From positions 64,001-128,000 of IMG/VR virus record IMGVR_UViG_3300042453_003743: a DNA stretch of 64,000 bases, one strand, 5' to 3'. Both the position numbers and the translations under genes were made by a program. Source of the stretch: a virus. Under the pieces are notes generated by a model that worked only from the letters and a program-made list of their open reading frames with translations, had not been told where the DNA came from and made no database searches. Shown piece after piece: positions 10,005 to 19,467 of the stretch (within the stretch, counting starts at the first letter, position 1; each line of letters begins with the position of its first letter).

Positions 10005-10762
10005 ACAATTATTGGGTTTAATAATTCTTTAATATTTACTGAATTACCATTTTTTTTCCACCACTCCAAAATTAAAGTGTTAGAATTAAAGTGTGCGTCC
10101 TTATCTTCTTGCCCTTTGTCTGGAATAGTAGTTTGAAGATTTACGTTTTCAATTAATATTGGTATATTGTAAGTTTTACCGGGCAAGTATAAAATATTTT
10201 CACAAATTGGCCACGCTTCTTTATTTGGTATTGTAAAATTAAATAAATTTATATCTTTAACATACCAATTTAATAGTTTTTTTGCATAAGATCTTTTTAC
10301 TAAAGAAAATAAACCAAATTCTTGTAAAATTCTTGGATGTAAATGATATGTTAGTCTTTGTGTTCCGTAAGTTATGTTACCGAGATGTATACATTCCCAG
10401 TCTTCTGGTAAATTGCTTTCAAATTCTTTCCAAGTAAAATTCCAATAATTTGCCGTTTCAAATGAAACGTCATCTTCTAAAAATAAAGCACAATCTTCAT
10501 CAGTTGTATCATACCATTCTTTTATTGCTAAAAGATGTGATGCTGTAACATAATGTGCTTTTATTGTATTTAATTCATTGATTCTGTTGCCCGTTATTAC
10601 TTTTTTTGAATCAGATTCTTCAGTAGATATTTTTAAATCATAATTTACAATACCATAATTTTTAAAATGATCTATAATATATTCATGTCTGTTGGTACAG
10701 GTTTCATAAGACATGCAATATATTTTTGGTAAATTTTTTAATTTATCTTCTAAAGATAACAT
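9983..10762 (-). CDS. glycosyltransferase family 25
   Basis: IYCMS...R, SHLLAI..W and LFLEDDV motifs. Confidence 0.8.
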   Translation of the reverse strand: MLSLEDKLKNLPKIYCMSYETCTNRHEYIIDHFKNYGIVNYDLKISTEESDSKKVITGNRINELNTIKAHYVTASHLLAIKEWYDTTDEDCALFLEDDVSFETANYWNFTWKEFESNLPEDWECIHLGNITYGTQRLTYHLHPRILQEFGLFSLVKRSYAKKLLNWYVKDINLFNFTIPNKEAWPICENILYLPGKTYNIPILIENVNLQTTIPDKGQEDKDAHFNSNTLILEWWKKNGNSVNIKELLNPIIVYPELLD

Positions 10763-10763
10763 A

Positions 10764-11273
10764 TTAAAGTTTTATATCAAAATCTTTTATAAATTCAAAA
10801 GTATCATCTTGCGGTTTCATTCCGCATTTGTGGGCAAACAATAATTTTTTTAATTTAAATTCTATTTCGCCTTTATATGATATAGTTTCTCTCAGTTTTT
10901 CATTTAAATTGCAATATTGTTCGCCTACACAAATCATTGTATAGGCATTGTGATGCATGGAAAGTTTATAAAATACATCAGCCATAAAAAGATATGCTTC
11001 GGGTCTATTCGGAAGAATTGAAATTGCATTTTGAAAAAATGACTTTTCTGTGTATAACCTGCTACCTTGTCTTCTTATAGCCAGACCAGAACGCAGCATA
11101 CATTCGTACTGTAATAGTTTATCATCAGTTCTTTCTGCGCAACGAATATAATGAGAAACTGCAGAAGCAACCTGATTCATAGAATCATATGTTAAAGCTA
11201 TTTTAAAATTTATTTCTGGATCTTCTGTGTTGTGTGTATATTCAACAAGTTGTTTGGATAATTTGTCTATCAT
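10764..11273 (-). CDS. TPR-like protein
   Basis: Helical repeats; AISILPNRPEAY motif. Confidence 0.65.
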   Translation of the reverse strand: MIDKLSKQLVEYTHNTEDPEINFKIALTYDSMNQVASAVSHYIRCAERTDDKLLQYECMLRSGLAIRRQGSRLYTEKSFFQNAISILPNRPEAYLFMADVFYKLSMHHNAYTMICVGEQYCNLNEKLRETISYKGEIEFKLKKLLFAHKCGMKPQDDTFEFIKDFDIKL

Positions 11274-12250
11274 AGATTTAACAATCCTTCAATAATATTT
11301 TCTGGCACTTTTAATAAACACGCAGAATTGTCTTGAAATCCAAAAGTTATGTAAAAGTAATTGTCTTTAAATGCCATTCCTGCACAAAATTCAATATCAC
11401 CACCCAAAAAACTAAAATCATCAGACCATGCAATTTTTACAAAATTTTTATCCCATAAAATAATTCTATGTCTGTATATACCATCTTTTCTTCCAATAGA
11501 ATCGTTGAACAAATCTACTTCATGTGTAATTGCAATATAATAATTTTTCCAAGGAATTAACTGCGATCCTCCTCGCAAATCTCTGTGTAAATTAGTATAC
11601 TCTCCAACAAAAATTTGCTCTGAAGATAAATCATTGATATTTGCTTTTACAACTTCTGTTGGATTTGTCCATTTAACATAATGAAATGGTTTATCTAAAA
11701 CCGGCATCCAATTTTTTTCACAATAACTGTTTTTATCGATTGGTGGTTCAATTCTATATCGCTTTACTTCTTTTACAGAATAATTATTAATTGCCAATTC
11801 TGACAATTCTATTCTTCCTTGTCCATTTGTTGTTGTATCTCTTCTAACTCCGGAAAGATAAATTTTATTGTCCCAATTAACAATTCTTGCGTCTTCTAAA
11901 CCAACAAATTCCCAAAGAGGATCTACGTCAAGAGATGACGTATCTACTAAAAGATTTTTTGAAATTAAACCAGAATCGTCTACTTCACAATAGTAGTTTG
12001 TTGTTTTTAATTTTTGATAATGTTCCGGATGTAAATAAACAAGCGGTCCCCACTCATGTAAAAACTTTTTCTTTTCAGAATGATATATTGTGTAATTTAC
12101 ATGACGTAAAATAACAATAGTTTTATCTTCATGAAAAATGATAGACGGATTCATTAAACCCGTCCCGTCTGTGAGTGACGCAGGAATTATTAAAGGAGTG
12201 ATACGACCGCCATGATCAATGGCTAATTTTGCTAAAGGTTGGTTCAACAT
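11270..12250 (-). CDS. five-bladed beta-propeller glycosidase/phosphorylase-like protein (GH130/GH43-like)
   Basis: NPSI, GLEDARI, EKNWMP, LRGGS and IEFCAG motifs. Confidence 0.7.
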   Translation of the reverse strand: MLNQPLAKLAIDHGGRITPLIIPASLTDGTGLMNPSIIFHEDKTIVILRHVNYTIYHSEKKKFLHEWGPLVYLHPEHYQKLKTTNYYCEVDDSGLISKNLLVDTSSLDVDPLWEFVGLEDARIVNWDNKIYLSGVRRDTTTNGQGRIELSELAINNYSVKEVKRYRIEPPIDKNSYCEKNWMPVLDKPFHYVKWTNPTEVVKANINDLSSEQIFVGEYTNLHRDLRGGSQLIPWKNYYIAITHEVDLFNDSIGRKDGIYRHRIILWDKNFVKIAWSDDFSFLGGDIEFCAGMAFKDNYFYITFGFQDNSACLLKVPENIIEGLLNL

Positions 12251-12252
12251 AA

Positions 12253-12813
12253 TTAAAAAGGAATTGGCTCTTCAATGTATATAGGAGAGTTATTTGCATA
12301 CCATGCTGGAATTTTTCCAGTCTTCCATTTTGCAAATTTTGCTTTTTCTCCAAGATAATACTGCCTGTATGCGGTTATGGCATTTTCATGCTTGTATTGG
12401 TCGGGCATAGCCTGAACAAAGGGGGTACGCTTACCTTTACAAGCATTTTTTGGTGCAGTATACAAACCACCCATTATCATTTCTTGCATTGAATGCACTT
12501 TTCCATAACGCAATGTATATTCGGCACAAAGCGATCTAGCATGTCTCCAGAGCCACATATAATTTGTTGTAGTTTCTCGCGCCCAAATATTGCATGGGTG
12601 ATTAATCATAGTAGCTTTGCAAATATTTTTAGTAGTACAAATGCTAGTTTTATATTTGCGTGATCCCGTATTAACTATAACAACATCACCATCAAGAACA
12701 TGATGTGCCGTTGACATAAGTTGACAAGACTCAAGAATCATTTTAACAACATGCTTATCGCACATCATTTGGGCTGCGATTTCAGGCTGGTCATCAAGAA
12801 CAAAAATGTTCAT
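12253..12813 (-). CDS. pyrimidine-dimer DNA glycosylase (endonuclease V family)
   Basis: MNIFVLD...CDKHVVKMILESCQL, NHPC..W, FVQAMPDQY and AYRQYY motifs. Confidence 0.8.
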   Translation of the reverse strand: MNIFVLDDQPEIAAQMMCDKHVVKMILESCQLMSTAHHVLDGDVVIVNTGSRKYKTSICTTKNICKATMINHPCNIWARETTTNYMWLWRHARSLCAEYTLRYGKVHSMQEMIMGGLYTAPKNACKGKRTPFVQAMPDQYKHENAITAYRQYYLGEKAKFAKWKTGKIPAWYANNSPIYIEEPIPF

Positions 12814-13844
12814 ATTTCGTGGCTTTCAAAAATATTGTTAATAGTGCGGTTTACTTTTACTAGTTTACCATGCGAATACAGTTCAGGCAAGTTAAAAGCG
12901 CCAACATAAGAGCAAGCCGAGCGCAAACCACCAAAAATTTCCTGAATCGTATTTCGTACAGATCCTCTATACGGTACTTCAACTGTTCTTCCTTCCGATG
13001 CTCTATAATCGGAAAGCCCACCATTGTACTTTTCATTCGCAGTTTTGCTGCTCATGCCGTAGTGCAACATTCGGAGCTCTCCATGCTCACCATGTCTTAT
13101 TTCACCACCACACTCATCGTGACCAGCAAACATTCCTCCAGCCATAACAAAGGCTGCACCAGCCACAAATGATTTTGCAAAATCTCCAGGATAAATTATT
13201 CCGCCATCAGCAACGATCCCAATACCGTATGCTTCGGCTGTTTGTGCACATTCTAATACCGCTGATAGCTGTGGATAGCCCACGCCTGCCACACGCCGGG
13301 TCAGACACATCGATCCCGATCCGATTCCCACTTTTACCAGATCGACTCCAACCTTTGACAATTCCTCGACCCCCTCTGGGGTCACGACATTCCCTGCAAT
13401 CAAAATAGACTTCGGCCATTTTTCTCTAACCTTTCTTGTAAAATTATGAAATTCTGTCATGTAGCCATTTGCCACATCGACACAAACAAACGTTGGATCT
13501 TTGATATCTGCACTGTCAACAAAAAGTTTGCTTTCGTTATCTAATCCAAGTGTAAGAGAAACATACTTTTCTTTATCGGGATGAGAAGAAACAAAACTTG
13601 AATAATAATCCCCACCCTTTCGAAGACAAGTTACAATGTTATACTCGGACAAAACCAAAGCCATTTTGTGAGTCCCGACAGTAGACATGTTTGCTGCCAT
13701 AACGGGCACCCCAGACCATTCAATTCCATTTTTAAATGTTTTTCTAACTTCTAGAGAAACATCTTTGCGAGATTTTACTTCACTTATATTTGGCACAATT
13801 AAAACATCTGAGTAATCAAGTTTTGGTTCGTTGTTGGCAATCAT
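12810..13844 (-). CDS. guaC: GMP reductase
   Basis: LDYSDVLIVP, AANM, CVDVANGY, KVGIGSGSMCLTR, ADGG, YRASEG and GGLRSACSYVGA motifs. Confidence 0.92.
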   Translation of the reverse strand: MIANNEPKLDYSDVLIVPNISEVKSRKDVSLEVRKTFKNGIEWSGVPVMAANMSTVGTHKMALVLSEYNIVTCLRKGGDYYSSFVSSHPDKEKYVSLTLGLDNESKLFVDSADIKDPTFVCVDVANGYMTEFHNFTRKVREKWPKSILIAGNVVTPEGVEELSKVGVDLVKVGIGSGSMCLTRRVAGVGYPQLSAVLECAQTAEAYGIGIVADGGIIYPGDFAKSFVAGAAFVMAGGMFAGHDECGGEIRHGEHGELRMLHYGMSSKTANEKYNGGLSDYRASEGRTVEVPYRGSVRNTIQEIFGGLRSACSYVGAFNLPELYSHGKLVKVNRTINNIFESHEI

Positions 13845-13884
13845 GGGGCAAAAATAATATCACAAAAAATGAAGCCGTCAACAA

Positions 13885-14058
13885 TTATTTTGACTCTTCG
13901 ATTCTTTTTATTGCATCCCGCAGACTTAACATTTTTTGTGCAAGTTCTTTTGATGTTATTTTTTGACGAAGATAATCTTCATATTTTGATATGATTATTT
14001 TAGCTTCACGGAACAGAACTGCGTACAGATGAATGTTTTTTTTATCTTCGTGTTCCAT
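13885..14058 (-). CDS. 57-aa hypothetical protein (MEHEDKKNIHLY...)
   Basis: Read manually; fills the gap; ATAAATA upstream. Confidence 0.55.
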   Translation of the reverse strand: MEHEDKKNIHLYAVLFREAKIIISKYEDYLRQKITSKELAQKMLSLRDAIKRIEESK

Positions 14059-14067
14059 TAAGAATAT

Positions 14068-14679
14068 TTATTCTGTACCAACACTCTCATCCCGTATAAA
14101 TTTAAAAACATTTTCAATATAAAATGATTTCCACGATTGAGAATTTATGTCCCAAATTCCAAGTCTCTCTCCACTAAGAGGACTAAAAAAATTTTTTCTA
14201 GATATGTGTTCTTTTGTTGGCATAAATCCAGGCTCAAGAGTTCCTGTAATTCTTCTCGACGCTCCATTGGTTTTTTTAATAAAAAAAACAGTACACACCC
14301 CAGACAGCATTTCTAAAATCATTTCTTGACTAGAAATGTGGTCTGACGTGTACGCCTCTTCTTTATTTACTATTTTTACATCAATTCTATAATCGTTTAT
14401 CGGATCGAAAACTGAACTAGATTGATTTATTCTATTTTGCTGCAAATAATTTTCATATGAGCCATAAGTTTCATTTATAAAATTTTTGTATAATAAATCA
14501 TTTACCTTTAATTTTTCATATGTTAGTAATTGATAAGAAGAACCGCCATATTCGCCTTTGTAAGGCTTTGATTCAAAAGGTAAAAATTCCGATTCTTCAA
14601 ATTGTTTTTTTAAAAGAGATCTTTGCCTGTCAATTCCAGACAATGCATTTCTTATGTTGTTTGGTTCTTGTGCCATCAA
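14068..14679 (-). CDS. protein with C-terminal WYL-like/SH3 beta-barrel domain
   Basis: VFFIKKTNGASRRITGTL...IWDINSQSWKSF. Confidence 0.65.
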   Translation of the reverse strand: MMAQEPNNIRNALSGIDRQRSLLKKQFEESEFLPFESKPYKGEYGGSSYQLLTYEKLKVNDLLYKNFINETYGSYENYLQQNRINQSSSVFDPINDYRIDVKIVNKEEAYTSDHISSQEMILEMLSGVCTVFFIKKTNGASRRITGTLEPGFMPTKEHISRKNFFSPLSGERLGIWDINSQSWKSFYIENVFKFIRDESVGTE

Positions 14680-14960
14680 AATTCCAAAATTATTTCATTT
14701 TTCTTTTTCATCATGTTTTTTGGTTTTATGTTTAAATTTTCTATAGCAGCAGAAACATGATTTGAAACAAAAATAGGAAACTTAAGATAAATTGAGTTAA
14801 ATGGTTGTTTTTTGTCTTCAATAATTTTTAATAAAACATCTTCCAATTCATTTAAAAAATTTTTATTCATTCCGTCAACCAAATAAACAGTTCCATGAAT
14901 ATTTTGAATTTTATGAATCATTATATTATTTGCTTTACTAAAAATATATAGTACACTCAC
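14676..14960 (-). CDS. hypothetical protein
   Basis: 94-aa ORF coupled to the next gene; start uncertain. Confidence 0.45.
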   Translation of the reverse strand: MSVLYIFSKANNIMIHKIQNIHGTVYLVDGMNKNFLNELEDVLLKIIEDKKQPFNSIYLKFPIFVSNHVSAAIENLNIKPKNMMKKKNEIILEF

Positions 14961-15035
14961 AAGAACTTTTAAGTTCTCTAGAGTTCTTTATAATAAACTC
15001 TCTAAAGAGTACTTTAGAGTTAATCTAAAGAAACT

Positions 15036-16484
15036 TTAAAGTTTCTTTGATTCATTCAACATCTTTGATATCTTTTGCTTGAGGCTTTCTAAGAAAGTGC
15101 TTCCGCGCATAGAAAGTGGGAGCGGTTTTGCAGACATCCACGTAGTTGGTTTTACTGGCCCGTGAATTTTTTCAAGCCTCTTCAAAAGTTGTTCATGGCT
15201 CATTGTTCCAGCTCTCATGGCTGAATGAACATCTTGAATTTCTTTTTTCTGTGCTGTTCCTACGTTAGCAGAACGTTTTTCATCCCACACTACACTCTGA
15301 ACAGCATTTGGTATCATTCCTCGTTCCTGAGCAACGGCTACAGTAACATCCTTATAAACGGGATATGTACCTTTAAGCCCAGTCTTTTTCGAAGTTGGTG
15401 AACCACCCAACCCACGACCGACAACTGGATGCTTTGCTGCTAGAGTAAAATCAGCATTGGCGACACCGATGTGATGCGTGTCTCCTGTTACATCTGGTCT
15501 GTCTGGGTTATTTGGCTGAACGATATTATTATAAAAACTACGAACTTTGTGGCCAGTCCCCAAAGATTTGGATATGGTTTCCATATCACCGTTTGACCTT
15601 AAAATTTTTACTGCGTTTCCAATTTCTCCAAATGACCCCCAAGCAGCTGTGGCCCGTTTCTTTCCTTGGGTGACAACGTGTTCCCCAAAATTACCTTCTG
15701 GAGTGATTGAGCGATAATGCCTTGGATGGTGTGCTTCATCAAAAGCGCGAATCCACATCGCTGCGTGTGTTGGATCTTCAACTTCCGCCAAAGTTTTTCC
15801 ACGAATTTTTTGCAAACCTTCTTGATGTTCTGGATCTGTCTCCTTGAAGACTTTTTCGGAAATTTTTTCCATTTCCGGGCTCCACGGTGTATTTTGGTGT
15901 TCTTTGTGAATGTGAATTAATCTTTCACCCAGAGAAGCGTTTTGATACCAATCTTTTTGCGGTGAAAGACTGGCCATCACACCGGCGACAATGTGAGTAT
16001 CGTGGCCATACCTTTTGCCAATATGTTCAGAAATTTTATTCGCGCCAACATACCACTGCTGGCTTCTTTGTGCAAGTTCGGGCAAAGATTGAGCCCGATC
16101 CAAACTCCATTCGATATTTCTTTTTGCTCTTTGTCCGAGCAAGTCAACGGCCTCTTCGTCACCAAGATTTTCCGTTGGACCTAGAATGGTATGGTACACC
16201 CCTGCATCACTTGATGATGGTGCAATATTTGACTTGAGCATTTTACCCATTCTAATTTTGTGTTCTGGCTCCATGGCATCCATCCCAACAACAACTCGCT
16301 TAGATCCATAAAGTTTGTGCGGATCTCCAATTGCTGGATCATCTGGAAGTCTTGTAGAAACTAATAGAGGGCTCGCAGCTGGATCATATTGTCTTTTTTC
16401 TTCGTTCAGTTGCGATTCAAGATCTTTGATTTTTTTCGCGAGTTTTTCGCATTTATTTTTATAGTATTCGGTTAAATATGCCAT
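15036..16484 (-). CDS. HhH-glycosylase-like protein (DUF7178-like), late copy
   Basis: QWY, ASLSPQ..W..N, KVRSFYNNI, VTGDTH and VQSVVW motifs; TATAAATA promoter. Confidence 0.65.
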   Translation of the reverse strand: MAYLTEYYKNKCEKLAKKIKDLESQLNEEKRQYDPAASPLLVSTRLPDDPAIGDPHKLYGSKRVVVGMDAMEPEHKIRMGKMLKSNIAPSSSDAGVYHTILGPTENLGDEEAVDLLGQRAKRNIEWSLDRAQSLPELAQRSQQWYVGANKISEHIGKRYGHDTHIVAGVMASLSPQKDWYQNASLGERLIHIHKEHQNTPWSPEMEKISEKVFKETDPEHQEGLQKIRGKTLAEVEDPTHAAMWIRAFDEAHHPRHYRSITPEGNFGEHVVTQGKKRATAAWGSFGEIGNAVKILRSNGDMETISKSLGTGHKVRSFYNNIVQPNNPDRPDVTGDTHHIGVANADFTLAAKHPVVGRGLGGSPTSKKTGLKGTYPVYKDVTVAVAQERGMIPNAVQSVVWDEKRSANVGTAQKKEIQDVHSAMRAGTMSHEQLLKRLEKIHGPVKPTTWMSAKPLPLSMRGSTFLESLKQKISKMLNESKKL

Positions 16485-16521
16485 AAAATTATTTATAAAA
16501 TTTAAAAGAATAAATAATTTT

Positions 16522-16884
16522 ATGGATTATCTAACAAATTATTACAAAAATTTATCAGAACAGCTTCAGCAAAGAGTGAACATTCTTCAAAAACAATTGG
16601 ATGAAACAAACAATTCACCACAAAATCCCATCACGGATCAAGAAGCCTTTGAAAAAGGAGTGCAGGCTGCACAGAACTCTCTCATTCCAAATTTTCGTGA
16701 AGGAGTACAGGGACACCCAAAATTTCATCACGGATACCAATTAGGAATGCGGCACGGACTTGAAGCACTGAAAATGAAAGACGTAAGTCCGGAGACCTAC
16801 GGAGGATACCCAACACCATCAGAAATGGCACAAAAATTTATGGCAACTGACGGAAGACCTCACGTAGGATCTGCTCAGTACTAA
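16522..16884 (+). CDS. hypothetical protein sharing the N-terminal YLTxYYKN motif with the divergent neighbour
   Basis: 120-aa ORF; ATAAATA promoter. Confidence 0.7.
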   Translation: MDYLTNYYKNLSEQLQQRVNILQKQLDETNNSPQNPITDQEAFEKGVQAAQNSLIPNFREGVQGHPKFHHGYQLGMRHGLEALKMKDVSPETYGGYPTPSEMAQKFMATDGRPHVGSAQY

Positions 16885-16908
16885 AATTTTTAAAAAATTA
16901 GTGTAGAG

Positions 16909-16939
16909 AATGGGTTCCCAATAAGGGACCCATTTTTAT
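16909..16939 (+). terminator. intrinsic terminator
   Basis: AATGGGTTCC-caataa-GGGACCCATT followed by T-tract. Confidence 0.6.
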
Positions 16940-17295
16940 TTGGCTTCTGTTGAGTTTAATTTTTCAGATGACCGAACATCCACGGACCATCAAAAAACCC
17001 ACCACGAACGATCCTACAACGATTGCGACCACACACCAGTCGAGAGGGGTGGTTTCTTTCCAGAGGTTTTGAATAAAATTTTTCATTCAACTTATTTAGC
17101 CGTTTTCCGCCCGGAAAATTTTTAAGCCATCCCATGGTTTTTGAATAGGGGACCCATATTTCTATAAGTGCGGACAGGATACTGGGGGCTCGGAGAATAT
17201 TAGAGAAAATTAAAGAATATTAGAGGGGGGTGGGAGCTAGCCCGCCCAAATATTAATTTTTTTTAGGGGACCCATTTTACTGTTTGGACATGACC

Positions 17296-17385
17296 ACCAA
17301 GTATATTTTACCACACCCCCCTCTGCTTGTCAAGGCCCCCTCCCCCCTTGACACTAGCCATCACCCGTGATACAATCAACTCGGT
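17296..17385. promoter_or_regulatory. back-to-back pair of gene-less sigma70 promoters
   Basis: Minus: TTGACA-N17-TAAAAT-ATACTTGGT (17333-17296). Plus: TTGACA-N17-TACAAT-CAACTCGGT (17348-17385). Confidence 0.75.
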
Positions 17386-17424
17386 TGAGTTTCAAAACTC
17401 CATCGAAGTAAAGGGAAAACCCCC

Positions 17425-17763
17425 TTATGGGGTTTCCTTGCCCTCCTTTTCCTTGGCGATTCGCACCAACTGGGCCGCGTACTTCTTCATGATCTTGCGA
17501 GCGAAGATCATCTGCTTGGGGGACAGCGATCCGCGACGGATCACCTGTTCCGCGAGGCTGCTTGCAAAGGTCGCATCGACTCCGGTGAACCCGACGCCGT
17601 TGGTGTGCTTGGTGGCCGCGTCCCGCTGCTCGTCCTCCGTCTGCTTGTGGTAGATGGCGACCAGCCCACGGAGGAGCCAACGGTCGTCCGTGGCGATCTT
17701 CTCGCGCACGAACTCAACGGTGAGGGGGGCGGCAGGGGCGGGGGCGGTGGTGGTGCTGTTCAT
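17425..17763 (-). CDS. early hypothetical protein (leaderless)
   Basis: TTGACA-N17-TACAAT-N6-ATG; TKHTNGVGFTGVDA...LSPKQ motif; hairpin at stop. Confidence 0.8.
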   Translation of the reverse strand: MNSTTTAPAPAAPLTVEFVREKIATDDRWLLRGLVAIYHKQTEDEQRDAATKHTNGVGFTGVDATFASSLAEQVIRRGSLSPKQMIFARKIMKKYAAQLVRIAKEKEGKETP

Positions 17764-17794
17764 GCGTGTATTGTAGCACTACCCACCTACCATG

Positions 17795-18010
17795 TCAACC
17801 CCAGTCCTTTCTCATGGTGGGGTCGGCATAGGTTTCCTCGTAGCCTGCGGTGTACGCCTCCAGTTCCTCCGGGTCCGTCAGGGTGACTCGCTCTCCCTTG
17901 TAGGTGCCGTTCGGGTACTTGTGAGGGCTAGGCGCTCTCCCGTACCACGCATCGGCACAACCCCGGTCGTAGGGCGATCCGTGCCAGTTGGGGTAGGTCT
18001 TGGGGTTCAC
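17795..18010 (-). CDS. early hypothetical protein
   Basis: GTG start overlapping upstream stop; HGSPYDRGCADAWYGR...PHKY motif. Confidence 0.7.
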   Translation of the reverse strand: MNPKTYPNWHGSPYDRGCADAWYGRAPSPHKYPNGTYKGERVTLTDPEELEAYTAGYEETYADPTMRKDWG

Positions 18011-18345
18011 GCCTGCCCCCTTTCGATGTGGATCACGCAGGAGAGAACATGCTCCCGGTGTTCGTCCCATTCCGGGAGACGCGACTCCCACTCGCTGTAC
18101 GGGGAAATCGCAATGATGTACTCCTCGTAGTAGTCATTGCAGGGCAGCACGGCCTCGGCTGCGGCAGCAGCCTGCTCGGCGGTTTCGGCCCCATGAACGA
18201 AGTAGTCGTGGCCCCCCTTGCACTTCCAGTACTGGGGGCACGCGCCCGTTCCGTCCCACGAATGAGCGCCGTAGTTCTCGCGCATCTGCGTGACAACGAC
18301 AAAGGCCGGGGCGGTGCGGGGAGTGACGTTGGTGGTGGTGTCCAT
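18007..18345 (-). CDS. early hypothetical protein (leaderless)
   Basis: TTGACA-N17-TATACT-N6-ATG; TQMRENYGAH.W.G...PQYWKCKGG motif. Confidence 0.8.
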   Translation of the reverse strand: MDTTTNVTPRTAPAFVVVTQMRENYGAHSWDGTGACPQYWKCKGGHDYFVHGAETAEQAAAAAEAVLPCNDYYEEYIIAISPYSEWESRLPEWDEHREHVLSCVIHIERGQA

Positions 18346-18412
18346 GCACACAGTATAGCAAAGTGTCTCTGGGATGTCAACCCCCTACATGATAAGTCCG
18401 ATAACGGCCCAC

Positions 18413-18451
18413 TTGACACCGGGGGAACCCATGTGGTACAATCTACTTGGT
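18413..18451 (+). promoter_or_regulatory. gene-less sigma70 promoter
   Basis: TTGACA-N18-TACAAT-CTACTTGGT; AGTCCGATAAC at 18395. Confidence 0.75.
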
Positions 18452-18525
18452 TGACGTTTCAGGCGCACACAAAATAATAAAAAACCCCCCGGCAACGCAC
18501 CGGGGGGCCAGCCCTCACGCTGTAG

Positions 18526-18774
18526 TTAGTCCCATTTCGATTCCCCCGTCGCTATGATGCGGTCCACCAGTTCGTCGGTGGTCATCTGCCAATCGGCAGC
18601 GAGGTCTTCCTGCTCAATGTAGAACCAGTCTGAGCCTTCCGCCTCTTCGCGGGAATCGTAGTAGTGGGCCATTTCCGTGGCACAGTCCTCGCACACATCA
18701 TCGAACGAATCGAGAATGAGAACGCCGCAGGCGCGGCACTGGGTGGGGTTGTCAGCCGGGGTGGTGTTGCACAT
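18526..18774 (-). CDS. early acidic zinc-finger protein (leaderless)
   Basis: CRAC...CEDC; TTGACA-N17-TATACT-N6-ATG; terminator hairpin at 18483-18507. Confidence 0.75.
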   Translation of the reverse strand: MCNTTPADNPTQCRACGVLILDSFDDVCEDCATEMAHYYDSREEAEGSDWFYIEQEDLAADWQMTTDELVDRIIATGESKWD

Positions 18775-18847
18775 GACCGTAGTATACACTAGCCCCTCTG
18801 CGGTGTCAAGAGGCTAGGTGAAGTTTTTACACCTACATGCAAAGTCC

Positions 18848-18885
18848 ACCAAGTAGATTCTACCATGGCATGGGCAAAATGTCAA
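18848..18885 (-). promoter_or_regulatory. gene-less sigma70 promoter
   Basis: TTGACA-N17-TAGAAT-CTACTTGGT on minus strand. Confidence 0.75.
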
Positions 18886-18928
18886 CCCCCCACCCCCGGA
18901 GGGGCGAGGGGTTGATGCGGTATGCCGA

Positions 18929-19225
18929 TTACCGCATGGGGTTGACGATGATTCCTTCGACCGCTTCGATGCGCTCCTCCTTGCAGGAGCGCCAGTCCTG
19001 CACATTGAAGTCCCAGTAGCACACCATGTTCGGCGGCATCCTGCGGTTTGCGCCCTTCGCAAGCCGATCAGCGGGGATCAGCGTTTCGTCGGTGGTGCCG
19101 ATTGCGACACGCGGCGTACCATCCAACTTGCGGTAGACGAACCGAACGATGCCGACACGCATGGCCGTGCGGGCGTTGTACGAGGCTTCGGACTTGTGAC
19201 TGACGATGTTGACGAGTGGTGTCAT
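18929..19225 (-). CDS. WYL-like/SH3 beta-barrel protein, early copy (leaderless)
   Basis: VRFVYRKLDGTPRVAIGT...YWDFNVQDWRSC; TTGACA-N17-TATCAT-N6-ATG. Confidence 0.75.
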   Translation of the reverse strand: MTPLVNIVSHKSEASYNARTAMRVGIVRFVYRKLDGTPRVAIGTTDETLIPADRLAKGANRRMPPNMVCYWDFNVQDWRSCKEERIEAVEGIIVNPMR

Positions 19226-19292
19226 GCCTGCATGATAGCACAAGCGTTCTAGCGTGTCAAGTGACTTCTGACTCTTTCTGCGGGGGCTAGAC

Positions 19293-19330
19293 TTGACAAA
19301 GCGAAAGTGTTGTGGTACAATCTACTTGGT
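19293..19330 (+). promoter_or_regulatory. gene-less sigma70 promoter
   Basis: TTGACA-N17-TACAAT-CTACTTGGT, then A-tract and AGTCCGATAAC. Confidence 0.75.
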
Positions 19331-19467
19331 TGAATAAAATAAAAACTTGTTGTGAGTCCGATAACCAAGGGTGCGCCCATGCCCTTGACAGCGGTGGAGG
19401 GGTGTGGTAAACTCGGCGCATCGGGCCGTGTGGCCCTACTCACCACCTCTCTCTAGGAGAACGACAG

